Virus genome (UHGV): UHGV-0388459
Source: a virus
Length of the DNA stretch: 40,210 bases
Direction: 5' to 3' (one strand)
Shown: piece after piece, positions 1 through 7,557 of the stretch
How positions within the stretch are numbered: position 1 is the stretch's first letter
Layout: each line of letters starts with the position of its first letter
The notes under the pieces: generated by a model
The model's database searches: none
Seen by the model: only the letters and a program-made list of their open reading frames with translations
What the model was told of the DNA's origin: nothing
Program-made: the position numbers and the translations under genes

Positions 1-126
1 GCATTTCCGTATACCCGTGCATCTCCGCTTACCCTTGCATCTCCGTATACCCTTGCATTTCCGTATACCCTTGCATTTCCGTATACCCGTGCATTTCCGC
101 TTACCCATGCCTCTCCGCTATGGTCG
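1..126. repeat. Seven tandem 18-bp units (gcatYtccgYWtacccKt) = coding hexapeptide repeats
   Basis: Units begin at 1, 19, 37, 55, 73, 91 and 109. They are near-identical at DNA level; the same unit recurs at 40121..40210. Confidence 0.9.
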
Positions 127-260
127 AGATTATCTTCTTTTTCCACGTATCCACCAAGATCGCCCTCTTCCACGTCTGAAAAGCTTTTCAAAGCCTTGAT
201 CCGGTGGAGTATTCTGCCACCTACCGTAATAGTGTCATCTGTTAATTCATGTTTTTTCAT
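1..260 (-). CDS. Left-handed beta-helix (hexapeptide-repeat) protein, N-terminal part; the gene runs off the window start and its C-terminal part is at 39907..40210
   Basis: Minus-strand ATG at 260 with RBS GGAGAGGAG upstream. Translation MKKHELTDDTITVGGRILHRIKALKSFSDVEEGDLGGYVEKEDNLDHSGEAWVSGNARVYGNARVYGNARVYGDARVSGDARV..., a canonical V-x-G-x-A-x hexapeptide periodicity. The plus-frame track ORF 17..199 is the antisense frame of these repeats. Confidence 0.6.
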   Translation of the reverse strand, partial: MKKHELTDDTITVGGRILHRIKALKSFSDVEEGDLGGYVEKEDNLDHSGEAWVSGNARVYGNARVYGNARVYGDARVSGDARVYGN

Positions 261-277
261 TTTCCTTCTCCTCTCCT

Positions 278-441
278 TATATCTGCCCGAAAGCCACACA
301 GCAGACCATTAATGCAACCGAGAACCCGATCACGAACCAAAAGGCTTTCTCAACAGCCTTATCATATTTATCCGGCTCATGGCTTTGAGCCACTTCTTTG
401 GGCTTTCTCTTCCTGATCTGAATTACCTTTAACTGCTCCAC
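278..441 (-). CDS. Small putative membrane protein (54 aa, GTG start)
   Basis: Not in the ORF track (<60 aa). GTG at 441 preceded by GGAGGTGA. Product (M)EQLKVIQIRKRKPKEVAQSHEPDKYDKAVEKAFWFVIGFSVALMVCCVAFGQI has a C-terminal hydrophobic helix. Stop lies 18 nt before the hexapeptide gene start. Confidence 0.35.
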
Positions 442-504
442 GCTTCTCACCTCCTTTAAGTTTGAGTACCATACATTTTTACATCATTCTCAAACCTGCA
501 CTTC

Positions 505-885
505 CTACACGGACTGCTCACTCGCCTCTCCCTCCATTTTCTTTACAAGCACCATTGCCTCCAGTGGATCATAAGCAGGAACGTATTTTCGTCCCGCTCC
601 CTCCAAGTACTTGAAGAACCGGTTGTAATCGGCATACACCGCCTTATCAATAAATCTTTCAATCAATGCACTTTCCGGGTATCTCCCGGACCTGATTTCT
701 CTCCGGATTCCCTCTTTCCTATTGTTCACAGTTCCCATTGACTGCCCGTACATATCACGGAAATAGGAAGTCTTGCCATACTGGTTGATTGGTTTCTTCT
801 CTTCTTTGACGGCTTCTGCTATCAATGGGAGGATTTCATAAATATGTTCCAGTTCTGCAATGGCTTGTGCTTTGGTCATCTGCAT
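505..885 (-). CDS. Hypothetical phage protein (126 aa)
   Basis: Clean ORF with protein-like composition. No motif recognised. Confidence 0.5.
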   Translation of the reverse strand: MQMTKAQAIAELEHIYEILPLIAEAVKEEKKPINQYGKTSYFRDMYGQSMGTVNNRKEGIRREIRSGRYPESALIERFIDKAVYADYNRFFKYLEGAGRKYVPAYDPLEAMVLVKKMEGEASEQSV

Positions 886-904
886 TTCCTCACCTCGCTC
901 TTCC

Positions 905-933
905 TTGCCTTTTTCATTACATTCTCCTATACT
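905..933 (+). promoter_or_regulatory. Candidate sigma-A promoter for 984..1229 (TTGCCT-17-TATACT)
   Basis: -35-like 905-910, 17-bp spacer, -10 TATACT 928-933. RBS AAAGGAG before the ATG at 984. Confidence 0.3.
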
Positions 934-983
934 TTAACTACAGGCATCGCCATGCCGAGTATTTATGAAAGGAGAAAAGTTTT

Positions 984-1229
984 ATGTCTCAAAATTTCGG
1001 ATTAAGCTATTCTGAACTCGACACCTTACATAACATTGATTCCGAACAGGCAGCTCATAACATCGCACTTGCTTACGTAACTACTGTTGCTCAAAATTCC
1101 AAATTAACTAACGGTGAAGATGTGATTATGACAGATGTTCTGTCTCTAGCTAATCAATACGCTCAGGCATATCAATATGCTTACAACTTCATTGAGCATG
1201 AAAACGATGTTATAAATCATTCGGAATAG
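984..1229 (+). CDS. Hypothetical small protein (81 aa), the only plus-strand gene in this block
   Basis: ATG with strong RBS AAAGGAGAAAAG. No recognisable motif. Its 3' end overlaps the convergent gene 1210..1440. Confidence 0.55.
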   Translation: MSQNFGLSYSELDTLHNIDSEQAAHNIALAYVTTVAQNSKLTNGEDVIMTDVLSLANQYAQAYQYAYNFIEHENDVINHSE

Positions 1230-1440
1230 TACTTATTTTTGTATCTGGACTGCGTTTATACATTTTTTCCATAACGCTGTCCAGATGCTTTCTTGCAATC
1301 AGGCTTTCGGCGATTGTCAAATCACCCATTGCTGACACGCACTCGCTTACGGCTTTAAGAATTTTTTCTTTGTCATATCCACACGCTCTTAAACTGTAAT
1401 CATCAAGTCCGCCTGTCAATTTCTTCATCCTCTTCCTCAC
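1210..1440 (-). CDS. Hypothetical small protein (76 aa)
   Basis: ORF with ATGA start-stop overlap to the Cro-like gene at 1437..1440. Confidence 0.5.
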   Translation of the reverse strand: MRKRMKKLTGGLDDYSLRACGYDKEKILKAVSECVSAMGDLTIAESLIARKHLDSVMEKMYKRSPDTKISTIPNDL

Positions 1441-1685
1441 CTCGCTTCGTCTTCATCTGTTGCAAACAGATAATCAAATTTCACCTTGAATATCTTGCAC
1501 ATTTTCTTCGCTTCGAGTGCAGTGAATTTCCCATTTTTTTTCTTATTCTCATAAGATACTCTTGAAATTCCGACCATATCTGCCATTCGCTGATTTGTGT
1601 AAGAATGTCTTGCCTGCTCAGCATCTAAATTTTTAAACAATTCCTCTTCGCTCCCTTCTGCTATAATATTGGTTGCGGACTGCAA
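1437..1685 (-). CDS. Cro-like XRE-family HTH transcriptional regulator (82 aa, TTG start)
   Basis: HTH_XRE-like segment MADMVGISRVSYENKKKNGKFTALEAKKMCKIF. Divergent from the repressor gene. RBS AAAGAGG lies 5 nt upstream of TTG. Confidence 0.65.
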   Translation of the reverse strand: MQSATNIIAEGSEEELFKNLDAEQARHSYTNQRMADMVGISRVSYENKKKNGKFTALEAKKMCKIFKVKFDYLFATDEDEAR

Positions 1686-1884
1686 ATCGCCTCTTTGCCC
1701 TAACTCAATCCCAAAATAGGACTGAGCTTCTCCGAAAATATGAAAAGTTCGGATATAAACTTCTGTATTTTACTTACACTGGTAATGACCTCTCCACAAT
1801 GTCAGCCCATTTAGAAAAGGAACTGTAGTGTTCCAGTAACTGTCAACCTCGCTCCAATGCAGTCCGCGTTTCAAAATTTGCATT

Positions 1885-1957
1885 TCGCAAACTTTAATTA
1901 TACTATAATTGCTTATTGCAAACTTGTCAATAGTTTTCTTTTCATTTTGCAAACTTT
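1885..1957. promoter_or_regulatory. Three operator-like repeats (tYGCAAACTTK) at 1885-1895, 1916-1926 and 1947-1957, spaced exactly 31 bp apart
   Basis: Read directly. The TTGCAA/TTTGCAAA core is palindromic. The sites overlap the two divergent promoters. Confidence 0.5.
1902..1930 (-). promoter_or_regulatory. Leftward (lytic, Cro-side) promoter TTGACA-17-TATAGT
   Basis: Reverse complement of 1925-1930 is TTGACA and reverse complement of 1902-1907 is TATAGT, with a 17-bp spacer. Operator copy 2 overlaps the -35/spacer. Confidence 0.45.
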
Positions 1958-1961
1958 TTTA

Positions 1962-1990
1962 TTGACACTTTTTCAATACGCAACTATAAT
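1962..1990 (+). promoter_or_regulatory. Rightward (repressor-side) promoter TTGACA-17-TATAAT
   Basis: Consensus -35 at 1962-1967 and consensus -10 at 1985-1990. RBS AGGAGG 2001-2006 precedes the ATG at 2016. Confidence 0.6.
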
Positions 1991-2015
1991 CTTAATTAAC
2001 AGGAGGTACTAAAAT

Positions 2016-2324
2016 ATGGGTGAGCACTTCAATGAAAATTTAAAAGAAGCAAGACTAAAATCTGGGCTATCTCAGAAAGATCTTTCAGAAAATATAGGTG
2101 TTGCAAAATCAACATATTCTCTATATGAAAGCGGAAAACGCGAGCCAAATGTAGATACGATTAAAAAAATAGCATCTGCATTAAATGTTTCTGCCGATAT
2201 GTTACTCGGACTTGAAGCTGAACCAACCACTCTTGCCGCCCACTTTGACGGTGATGAATACACAGAAGATGAAATGGAAGAAATCAAAAACTTCGCTGCA
2301 TTTGTAAAGAACAGAAGAAAATAA
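2016..2324 (+). CDS. cI-like prophage repressor, XRE-family HTH (102 aa; no S24 peptidase domain)
   Basis: LKEARLKSGLSQKDLSENIGVAKSTYSLYESGKREPNVDTIKKIASALNVSADMLLG is a classic HTH_XRE. The C-terminus is acidic. Confidence 0.8.
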   Translation: MGEHFNENLKEARLKSGLSQKDLSENIGVAKSTYSLYESGKREPNVDTIKKIASALNVSADMLLGLEAEPTTLAAHFDGDEYTEDEMEEIKNFAAFVKNRRK

Positions 2325-2372
2325 GACATTTTTATTGGACAGATAAGCTGATATGCTGTAGTGGGAGGTGTT

Positions 2373-2843
2373 ATGCATATGAACACATACGAATGTTTAC
2401 AAGACGAAGCCTGCAGGGACAGTATAAATGTTATAGATTATACATTTCACAGTGACCGGATAAAAGGATTGTACTGTGATGGTACTGTAGCAATCAAAAA
2501 AGATATGAATACAATTCAGAAAACCTGCACACTGGCTGAAGAGCTTGGACATCACCACACATCCGTTGGTGATATTATAAATACAAATTCCGTACAAAAC
2601 CGCAAGCAAGAACGACAGGCTCGTTTGTGGGGATACAATAAATTAATTGGACTCATGGGGATTGTCCGGGCATTTAATGCCGGATGTCAAAACCAATATG
2701 AAATTGCAGACTATTTAGATGTTACAGAAGAATACCTGCAAGAATGCATTAACTGCTATCAGAGTAAATATGGAATCTGCACTACTGTAGATAACTATGT
2801 TATTTACTTTGTTCCTTATCTGACAGTTACAGAAATGATATAA
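2373..2843 (+). CDS. ImmA/IrrE-like (DUF955) anti-repressor peptidase homolog with an atypical motif
   Basis: Position immediately after the XRE repressor, as in the ImmR/ImmA arrangement. Motif LAEELGHHH sits where ImmA has LAHELGH. ATG at 2373 after GGGAGG; the track start at 2361 is a GTG. Confidence 0.55.
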   Translation: MHMNTYECLQDEACRDSINVIDYTFHSDRIKGLYCDGTVAIKKDMNTIQKTCTLAEELGHHHTSVGDIINTNSVQNRKQERQARLWGYNKLIGLMGIVRAFNAGCQNQYEIADYLDVTEEYLQECINCYQSKYGICTTVDNYVIYFVPYLTVTEMI

Positions 2844-2919
2844 CCCCTCGTGGGATTATATAAATGAATAAGTGGTGTTATTCATAAAGAACGGTTCTTA
2901 TTAACAAAGGAGAAAACAA

Positions 2920-4512
2920 ATGGGTATAGGGGATATTTTTAAAATCAAGCAATTCAAAGAACGGATTGCCAGTCTTGAAGCGGAAAATCAAACGCTTTCG
3001 CAAAATAATACCGACTTACAGTCAGCTACTACTGAATTGAGAGGAAAACTTTCTGAAATTGGTGGATTTGACTACTATAAAGTAAAATCCATGACCGAAC
3101 AGATGGAAAAAGAGTACGCTGTAAAACAAAGGGATCTGAGTATAGAGTATGATGTAAAAGTAGATACTCTGAAAAAGGAATACGAAAGAAAGCAGGCAGA
3201 AGCAGAAAAAGGCTTACGAGAGCAACTCGTCCAGCTTGAAAGAATGATTTCTGACCGCACAGACAAATCGCAGTCGTTACAGGAAAAAATTGCAGAAGAA
3301 ATGCTTCAGGAGAGTAAGCTTGCCAAACAGATCAAGACCCAAACTAATAAACTCGGACGATCAAAAGAGTTGGTAAAAGCAATCAATTACAGTTTGGACA
3401 ATTTCTTTAATTATGATCCTGCAATCAGTTCTTTAAAATTTAGCGAAAAAGATTTAACCGATTTGGAGGAAATCAGTCCTTCCGTTATCCTAAAACTCCA
3501 TTGCATGGATGTAAAAGATCTCCGCAAAGCCTACCGTCAAAATGATAAGCAAATCAATGATCTTTTAGCAAAATATTCTGCCCGGTATACTACTAAAGCG
3601 AATCAGGCAATTTATAAACTTATGGTCATTGCTCTTAGAGCAGAACTTCAAAATATCCTGTATAACCTTAAATTTGAAAAGCTTGAAAAATCTATTGATG
3701 ATATCAAAGATGTAACTCATAAATATCTTGAGATTGCAGGAAATGGAAATCAGAGCATCGCAGGAACTCTTACCAAATTTATTGGAGAAATAGAGTATTT
3801 GTTTATTAATGCAGCAAAGATTGAATATAATTACTACGTTAAAAAAGAACAGGCTCGTCAGGAACAACTTGCTATCCGTGAGCAAATGAGACAGGAAGCC
3901 GAGGAACGTAAAGCACTGGAAGCTGAACGTAAAAAAATAGAACAGGAAGAATCAAAATACAATTCCGAAATTGAAAAGCTGAGAACCCAACTCACCAGTG
4001 CTAAAGACGAGGAGGTTGAAAAATTAAACGCAAGAATCCTTGCACTACAGGCTCAACTTGCTGACGTTGCTATAAAGAAAGACGAAATTTCTACTCTTGC
4101 CAATGGAAAAGCTGGTAACGTGTACGTTATCAGTAATCTTGGATCTTTTGGCGAAAATGTATTTAAGATTGGAATGACCCGAAGACTCAATCCACAGGAT
4201 CGAGTAGATGAACTTGGTAATGCATCTGTTCCATTCCGTTTTGACGTACATAGCTTTATTTTTTCTGATGATGCAGTTGGTCTTGAAAACAAACTTCATA
4301 CTATCCTGACTGACAAACGTGTAAATAAGGTAAATATGAGGAAAGAATTTTTCAACGTATCACTTGATGAACTGGAACAACTTGTTACAGGAATAGAACC
4401 TACAGCAGAGTTCAACAGGACTATGGCTGCCGAAGAGTTCAGACAATCACAATCAACAGATAGTGTTTATTCGTCTGATTATACTTATAGTGATGACGAA
4501 GACGATGAATAA
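2920..4512 (+). CDS. DUF4041-like coiled-coil protein with a C-terminal T5orf172 (GIY-YIG-like) domain (530 aa)
   Basis: About 390 aa are rich in heptad/charged residues. The C-terminus GNVYVISNLGSFGENVFKIGMTRRLNPQDRVDELGNASVPFRFDVHSFIFSDDAVGLENKLHTIL...EFF matches the T5orf172/MUG113 pattern. RBS AAAGGAGAAAAC. Confidence 0.7.
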   Translation: MGIGDIFKIKQFKERIASLEAENQTLSQNNTDLQSATTELRGKLSEIGGFDYYKVKSMTEQMEKEYAVKQRDLSIEYDVKVDTLKKEYERKQAEAEKGLREQLVQLERMISDRTDKSQSLQEKIAEEMLQESKLAKQIKTQTNKLGRSKELVKAINYSLDNFFNYDPAISSLKFSEKDLTDLEEISPSVILKLHCMDVKDLRKAYRQNDKQINDLLAKYSARYTTKANQAIYKLMVIALRAELQNILYNLKFEKLEKSIDDIKDVTHKYLEIAGNGNQSIAGTLTKFIGEIEYLFINAAKIEYNYYVKKEQARQEQLAIREQMRQEAEERKALEAERKKIEQEESKYNSEIEKLRTQLTSAKDEEVEKLNARILALQAQLADVAIKKDEISTLANGKAGNVYVISNLGSFGENVFKIGMTRRLNPQDRVDELGNASVPFRFDVHSFIFSDDAVGLENKLHTILTDKRVNKVNMRKEFFNVSLDELEQLVTGIEPTAEFNRTMAAEEFRQSQSTDSVYSSDYTYSDDEDDE

Positions 4513-4704
4513 TTAAAAAACCGCCCCTTCGCCAAAAGGAGCGGTACTGGAAGAAACACACGCCAATGTGCTTCTTTTGGTAACTCCGAAGAGATACACT
4601 AATGCCAATGAATATTGTATCATCTTCGGAGCAGTCACGCAAGCAGAACAGCCGTTCTGTGCTGGCTGTTATTTTTATACTCAAAAACAGAAAGGAAGAT
4701 GATT

Positions 4705-5799
4705 ATGTGGGTAGAAGAAAGAAAAACCGGATTCAAATTTGTTGAACGCTACACCGACCCGATGACAGGAAAGACCCGGAGGGTTTCTGTTGTAATGGAG
4801 AAAAATACGGCACAGTCAAGAAAACTGGCTGCTGTTGCACTGTCTGAAAAGATTGACAAGGCATTACTGCCACAGGTGGACAAGATCCGCTTGAAAGACC
4901 TGGTGGATTTATACAGAAAAGAACAGTTCCGAACACTTAAGCAGTCAACCTATCGCAGGAACAGTGCCGTGTGCAATACGCTAATGAAGATACTGGATCC
5001 TGAAATCTATGTTGACAAACTCACCGCAGGTTACATCCGTGAGCGATTTCTCAATACTGGTCGGGAACACAGTACATTAAACGAATGGATGATTCGTTTA
5101 AAAGCCTTGCTCCGCTGGGGATATCGCAATGACTATATTAAAGACATATCCTATCTCAACAAAATAGAAAGATTCAGCGATATTCCACACCGTCAAAAGA
5201 TTGAAGATAAGTTTCTTGAATCTGCCGAACTGAAAGAATTGCTCTCCGGCATGACAATTCTAAAATGGAAACTCCTTACCGAGTTCCTTGCACTATCCGG
5301 GTTGCGATTCGGTGAAGCCGCTGCTCTCACGAAGTCTGACGTTGATTTGAAAAGCAGGAAAATCCACGTGACTAAAACCTACGACAGTGTGGCTGATATT
5401 ACTACAACGCCCAAAACAGCCTGTTCCGTACGTGACGTATATATTCAGGACGAATTGCTTACAGTTTGTAGAAACGTGCTTCTAGGCTGTCACAGTGGCA
5501 CTGTAGTTTCAATTAGTGGCGTATTCTTTCCCGGTACAATCCGGGAACATATTGAATTTGATTGCTATGCCAAATACCTAAGAGAAACATCTCAGAGAGT
5601 TATTGGACGCAGGATCACGCCGCATACACTCAGGCACACTCACGCAAGTTTGCTGATGGAACAGGGAATTGATATTGATAGCATATCCAAAAGACTTGGA
5701 CATAATGACAGCAGGATTACCAGAGAGATCTATCTGCACGTAACGAAGAAACTCGAAGAACAGAGAAATGCACAGATCAAAGAATTAAAAATTTTATAG
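4705..5799 (+). CDS. int: Tyrosine site-specific integrase (phage integrase family)
   Basis: C-terminal catalytic region ...ITPHTLRHTHASLLMEQGIDIDSISKRLGHNDSRITREIYLHV carries the R/H-x-x-R/Y box. N-terminus MWVEERKTGFKF is typical. The ATG at 4705 has better RBS spacing than the in-frame ATG at 4699. Confidence 0.85.
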   Translation: MWVEERKTGFKFVERYTDPMTGKTRRVSVVMEKNTAQSRKLAAVALSEKIDKALLPQVDKIRLKDLVDLYRKEQFRTLKQSTYRRNSAVCNTLMKILDPEIYVDKLTAGYIRERFLNTGREHSTLNEWMIRLKALLRWGYRNDYIKDISYLNKIERFSDIPHRQKIEDKFLESAELKELLSGMTILKWKLLTEFLALSGLRFGEAAALTKSDVDLKSRKIHVTKTYDSVADITTTPKTACSVRDVYIQDELLTVCRNVLLGCHSGTVVSISGVFFPGTIREHIEFDCYAKYLRETSQRVIGRRITPHTLRHTHASLLMEQGIDIDSISKRLGHNDSRITREIYLHVTKKLEEQRNAQIKELKIL

Positions 5800-6062
5800 T
5801 TTGCCCCCTTTATGCCCCCTTTTGACAATAAAAAATCTCCGAACCCCTTGCAAACACTGGATTTACAGGAGATTCAGAGATTCAATCTAATGCCGCAGAC
5901 CGGCTACCCTATACATATAAATAGGTATAAACACTGTAAAAATATTTGATTTTCACAAATTTCTCATGTATTTCAATACAAGCAAATATAATAAACTGCC
6001 CCCTATTTGCCCCCACTTAAGATGATACAATATTCAGCCCCGGAGTGACTGCTCCGGGGTAA
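5800..6062. other. Candidate attP/recombination region downstream of int
   Basis: Direct repeats tgccccctttatgccccc (5803-5820) and tgccccctatttgccccc (5996-6013). An 8-bp-stem hairpin ccccggag-tgactg-ctccgggg lies at 6038-6059. Sequence blocks here are shared in inverted orientation with 4603-4632. Confidence 0.3.
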
Positions 6063-6064
6063 TC

Positions 6065-6376
6065 TTATTCTCTTTTGTCCCTCGCCTTGTTCTTTCCGAT
6101 TTCGAGATACAATATCATCTCTTGTGGCATTTGCTTTTTTATCATCTCCCCCATTTCTTCTATTGTGATCAGATCCATGAGTTCCATCATCTTCTTGTTT
6201 AATTTTTCCGGTATTCCTAACGCTACCGCTCTCGGATAGATCATCACAAGGCACTTCATCGGATATCTGTCTGACATCCAGTTATACGGATCATGAACAC
6301 CTCCATTTAATACTTGTAGTGTTCGCTGATATATTTCTCCGATCAATTCCACTTTTTCTCTTGTATACACAACCAT
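6065..6376 (-). CDS. Hypothetical protein (103 aa)
   Basis: Protein-like ORF. The overlapping alternative frame 6003..6254 is low-complexity and was rejected. Confidence 0.5.
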   Translation of the reverse strand: MVVYTREKVELIGEIYQRTLQVLNGGVHDPYNWMSDRYPMKCLVMIYPRAVALGIPEKLNKKMMELMDLITIEEMGEMIKKQMPQEMILYLEIGKNKARDKRE

Positions 6377-6381
6377 TCACC

Positions 6382-6885
6382 TCACCTTGTCCATTCTTCC
6401 TTCTTTTCAAGCACATCCTTCATTACCGTTTCCGGCACATCTTTCATTTTCTTTAATTCTTCCTCTGTGTATCCCATCTTGTTAAGTTCTCTTGCTATCA
6501 TTACCGGTGTTACTTCTTCCGGCTTTGCATTTTCGTTTTCTCCCTTCAGTTCTTCCAGTGCTGCATTCAGAGCTTTTCCAAACACTTCCCGCGAATCCTC
6601 TTCTTTTTCATCCTGTTTAGGAATGTAGACAACGATGGTTTTTTCTTCCTTGTCATAGCTTCCTGATTTTGTTTTACAGTCTGCATAGTTCTCTTTGTAT
6701 TCGCTGTATTTCATTTCTACTTCTTCACAGTTTTCTGCTTTTTCTTCGTTCATTTTCTTTTTATAGCATTCTGGGCAGAGTCCGCTTTTTCCGAAATATT
6801 TAATCTTTCTTTCACGTTCTTCTGCTTTTCCGTAAATCTGTACTTTTTGTGTGTGTCCACAGCTAAACGTTACATCGTACTTCAT
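6382..6885 (-). CDS. Hypothetical protein with an N-terminal Cys-x-His...Cys-Pro-Glu-Cys zinc-ribbon-like motif and an acidic Lys/Glu-rich tail (167 aa)
   Basis: FSCGHTQKV...GLCPECYKK, then a low-complexity charged region. RBS AAAGGAGAA. Carries its own copy of the promoter/operator module. Confidence 0.55.
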   Translation of the reverse strand: MKYDVTFSCGHTQKVQIYGKAEERERKIKYFGKSGLCPECYKKKMNEEKAENCEEVEMKYSEYKENYADCKTKSGSYDKEEKTIVVYIPKQDEKEEDSREVFGKALNAALEELKGENENAKPEEVTPVMIARELNKMGYTEEELKKMKDVPETVMKDVLEKKEEWTR

Positions 6886-6920
6886 TGCTTCGTTCTCCTT
6901 TCTTTCCTTTCCACAATTAT

Positions 6921-6970
6921 AATATACACCAATTTAGTGTATATGTCAATGGTTTTTCACTAATTTAGTG
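6921..6970 (-). promoter_or_regulatory. Promoter/operator module copy 1 (TTGACA-17-TATATT with two 13-bp CACYRATTYAGTG sites)
   Basis: -35 is the reverse complement of 6944-6949 and -10 the reverse complement of 6921-6926. Site caccaatttagtg lies at 6927-6939 within the spacer. The perfect 6-1-6 palindrome cactaatttagtg lies at 6958-6970 upstream of -35. Confidence 0.5.
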
Positions 6971-7009
6971 TATTTTTAAAAAGTGAATGTAGAATCACAA
7001 CCTTTCAGA

Positions 7010-7429
7010 TTACAGGCAGTACATAATATAATACGTGTTGCCATTATCTTCGACAATTCCCCAGTCTGGAATTGCTATCTTTTCCTCTAGCATTTTTCTA
7101 TACTTTTCTTGCTCTTCTTCGTCAACTCCCCATTCTTCCATGTAATCATCGAAGTGTCTTTCAAAGTCTTCTCCTTCGAATACTACAGTGCCTCTTTTAA
7201 GTTCTTCTTCCGCTTTTCTTTTTGAATATCCATTTTTCATTAATACTTCGATATCAGTCATCTTTTTTCCTCCTCTCAGAATCTCGGCTACAACTAGCCG
7301 TTCTACATAGTCGGGGCATTTGCTAAGCCCCTTCTCCCAATTTTCGAGACTCCTGTACGGAATCCCGAGTTTCCGGGACACGTCCTTTCTGGACATCCCC
7401 CGTGCCTTGCGAGCTTCTTCAATATTCAT
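7010..7429 (-). CDS. HTH (XRE-like) DNA-binding protein with an acidic C-terminal domain (139 aa)
   Basis: ARKARGMSRKDVSRKLGIPYRSLENWEKGLSKCPDYVERLVVAEIL is a helix-turn-helix. Preceded by promoter/operator copy 2. Confidence 0.6.
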   Translation of the reverse strand: MNIEEARKARGMSRKDVSRKLGIPYRSLENWEKGLSKCPDYVERLVVAEILRGGKKMTDIEVLMKNGYSKRKAEEELKRGTVVFEGEDFERHFDDYMEEWGVDEEEQEKYRKMLEEKIAIPDWGIVEDNGNTYYIMYCL

Positions 7430-7464
7430 CGCTTCGCTCTCCTTTCTTTCCTCTCTGTAATTAT

Positions 7465-7515
7465 AATATACACCAATTCAGTGTATATGTCAATAGTTTT
7501 TTCACCGATTTAGTG
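7465..7515 (-). promoter_or_regulatory. Promoter/operator module copy 2 (near-identical to copy 1)
   Basis: -35 is the reverse complement of 7488-7493 and -10 the reverse complement of 7465-7470, with a 17-bp spacer. Sites caccaattcagtg at 7471-7483 and caccgatttagtg at 7503-7515. About 95 bp is approximately 90% identical to 6890-6985. Confidence 0.5.
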
Positions 7516-7523
7516 TATTTTAA

Positions 7524-7557
7524 AGCAAAAAAAATAAGGCCGGAGAAACCTCCGACC
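7524..7557 (-). terminator. Rho-independent terminator of the late/lysis operon
   Basis: Minus strand reads ggucgga-gguuuc-uccggcc followed by UUAUUUUUUUU. Lies directly 3' of the lysin gene. Confidence 0.6.

Noticed and set aside
1-126. Tandem direct repeats considered as a CRISPR array
   Set aside because: 18-bp units with no spacers, and in-frame coding. Not CRISPR.
17-199. Plus-strand ORF (MHLRLPLHLRIP...) across the 18-bp repeats
   Set aside because: It is the antisense frame of the minus-strand hexapeptide gene. A periodic repeat gives open frames on both strands. The minus frame has a proper RBS/ATG at 260 and a meaningful LbH periodicity.
1770-1952. 60-aa minus ORF inside the switch region
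   Set aside because: Its start lies upstream of the leftward promoter, it overlaps the operator/promoter elements and it has no RBS. Likely spurious.
2373-2843. Calling the ImmA-like protein an active metallopeptidase
   Set aside because: The expected HExxH is replaced by AEELGHHH. Kept as an ImmA-like homolog but activity is not asserted.
6038-6059. Hairpin ccccggag-tgactg-ctccgggg considered as a tRNA 3' fragment (common integrase target)
   Set aside because: 8-bp stem with a 6-nt loop does not fit the T-arm geometry (5-bp stem, 7-nt loop), and no acceptor/CCA context. Kept only as part of the att candidate region.
6003-6254. 83-aa minus ORF overlapping 6065..6376 in another frame
   Set aside because: Low-complexity Gly/Arg/Asp-rich translation. 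Overlaps a better protein-like ORF and runs into the attP-side hairpin.
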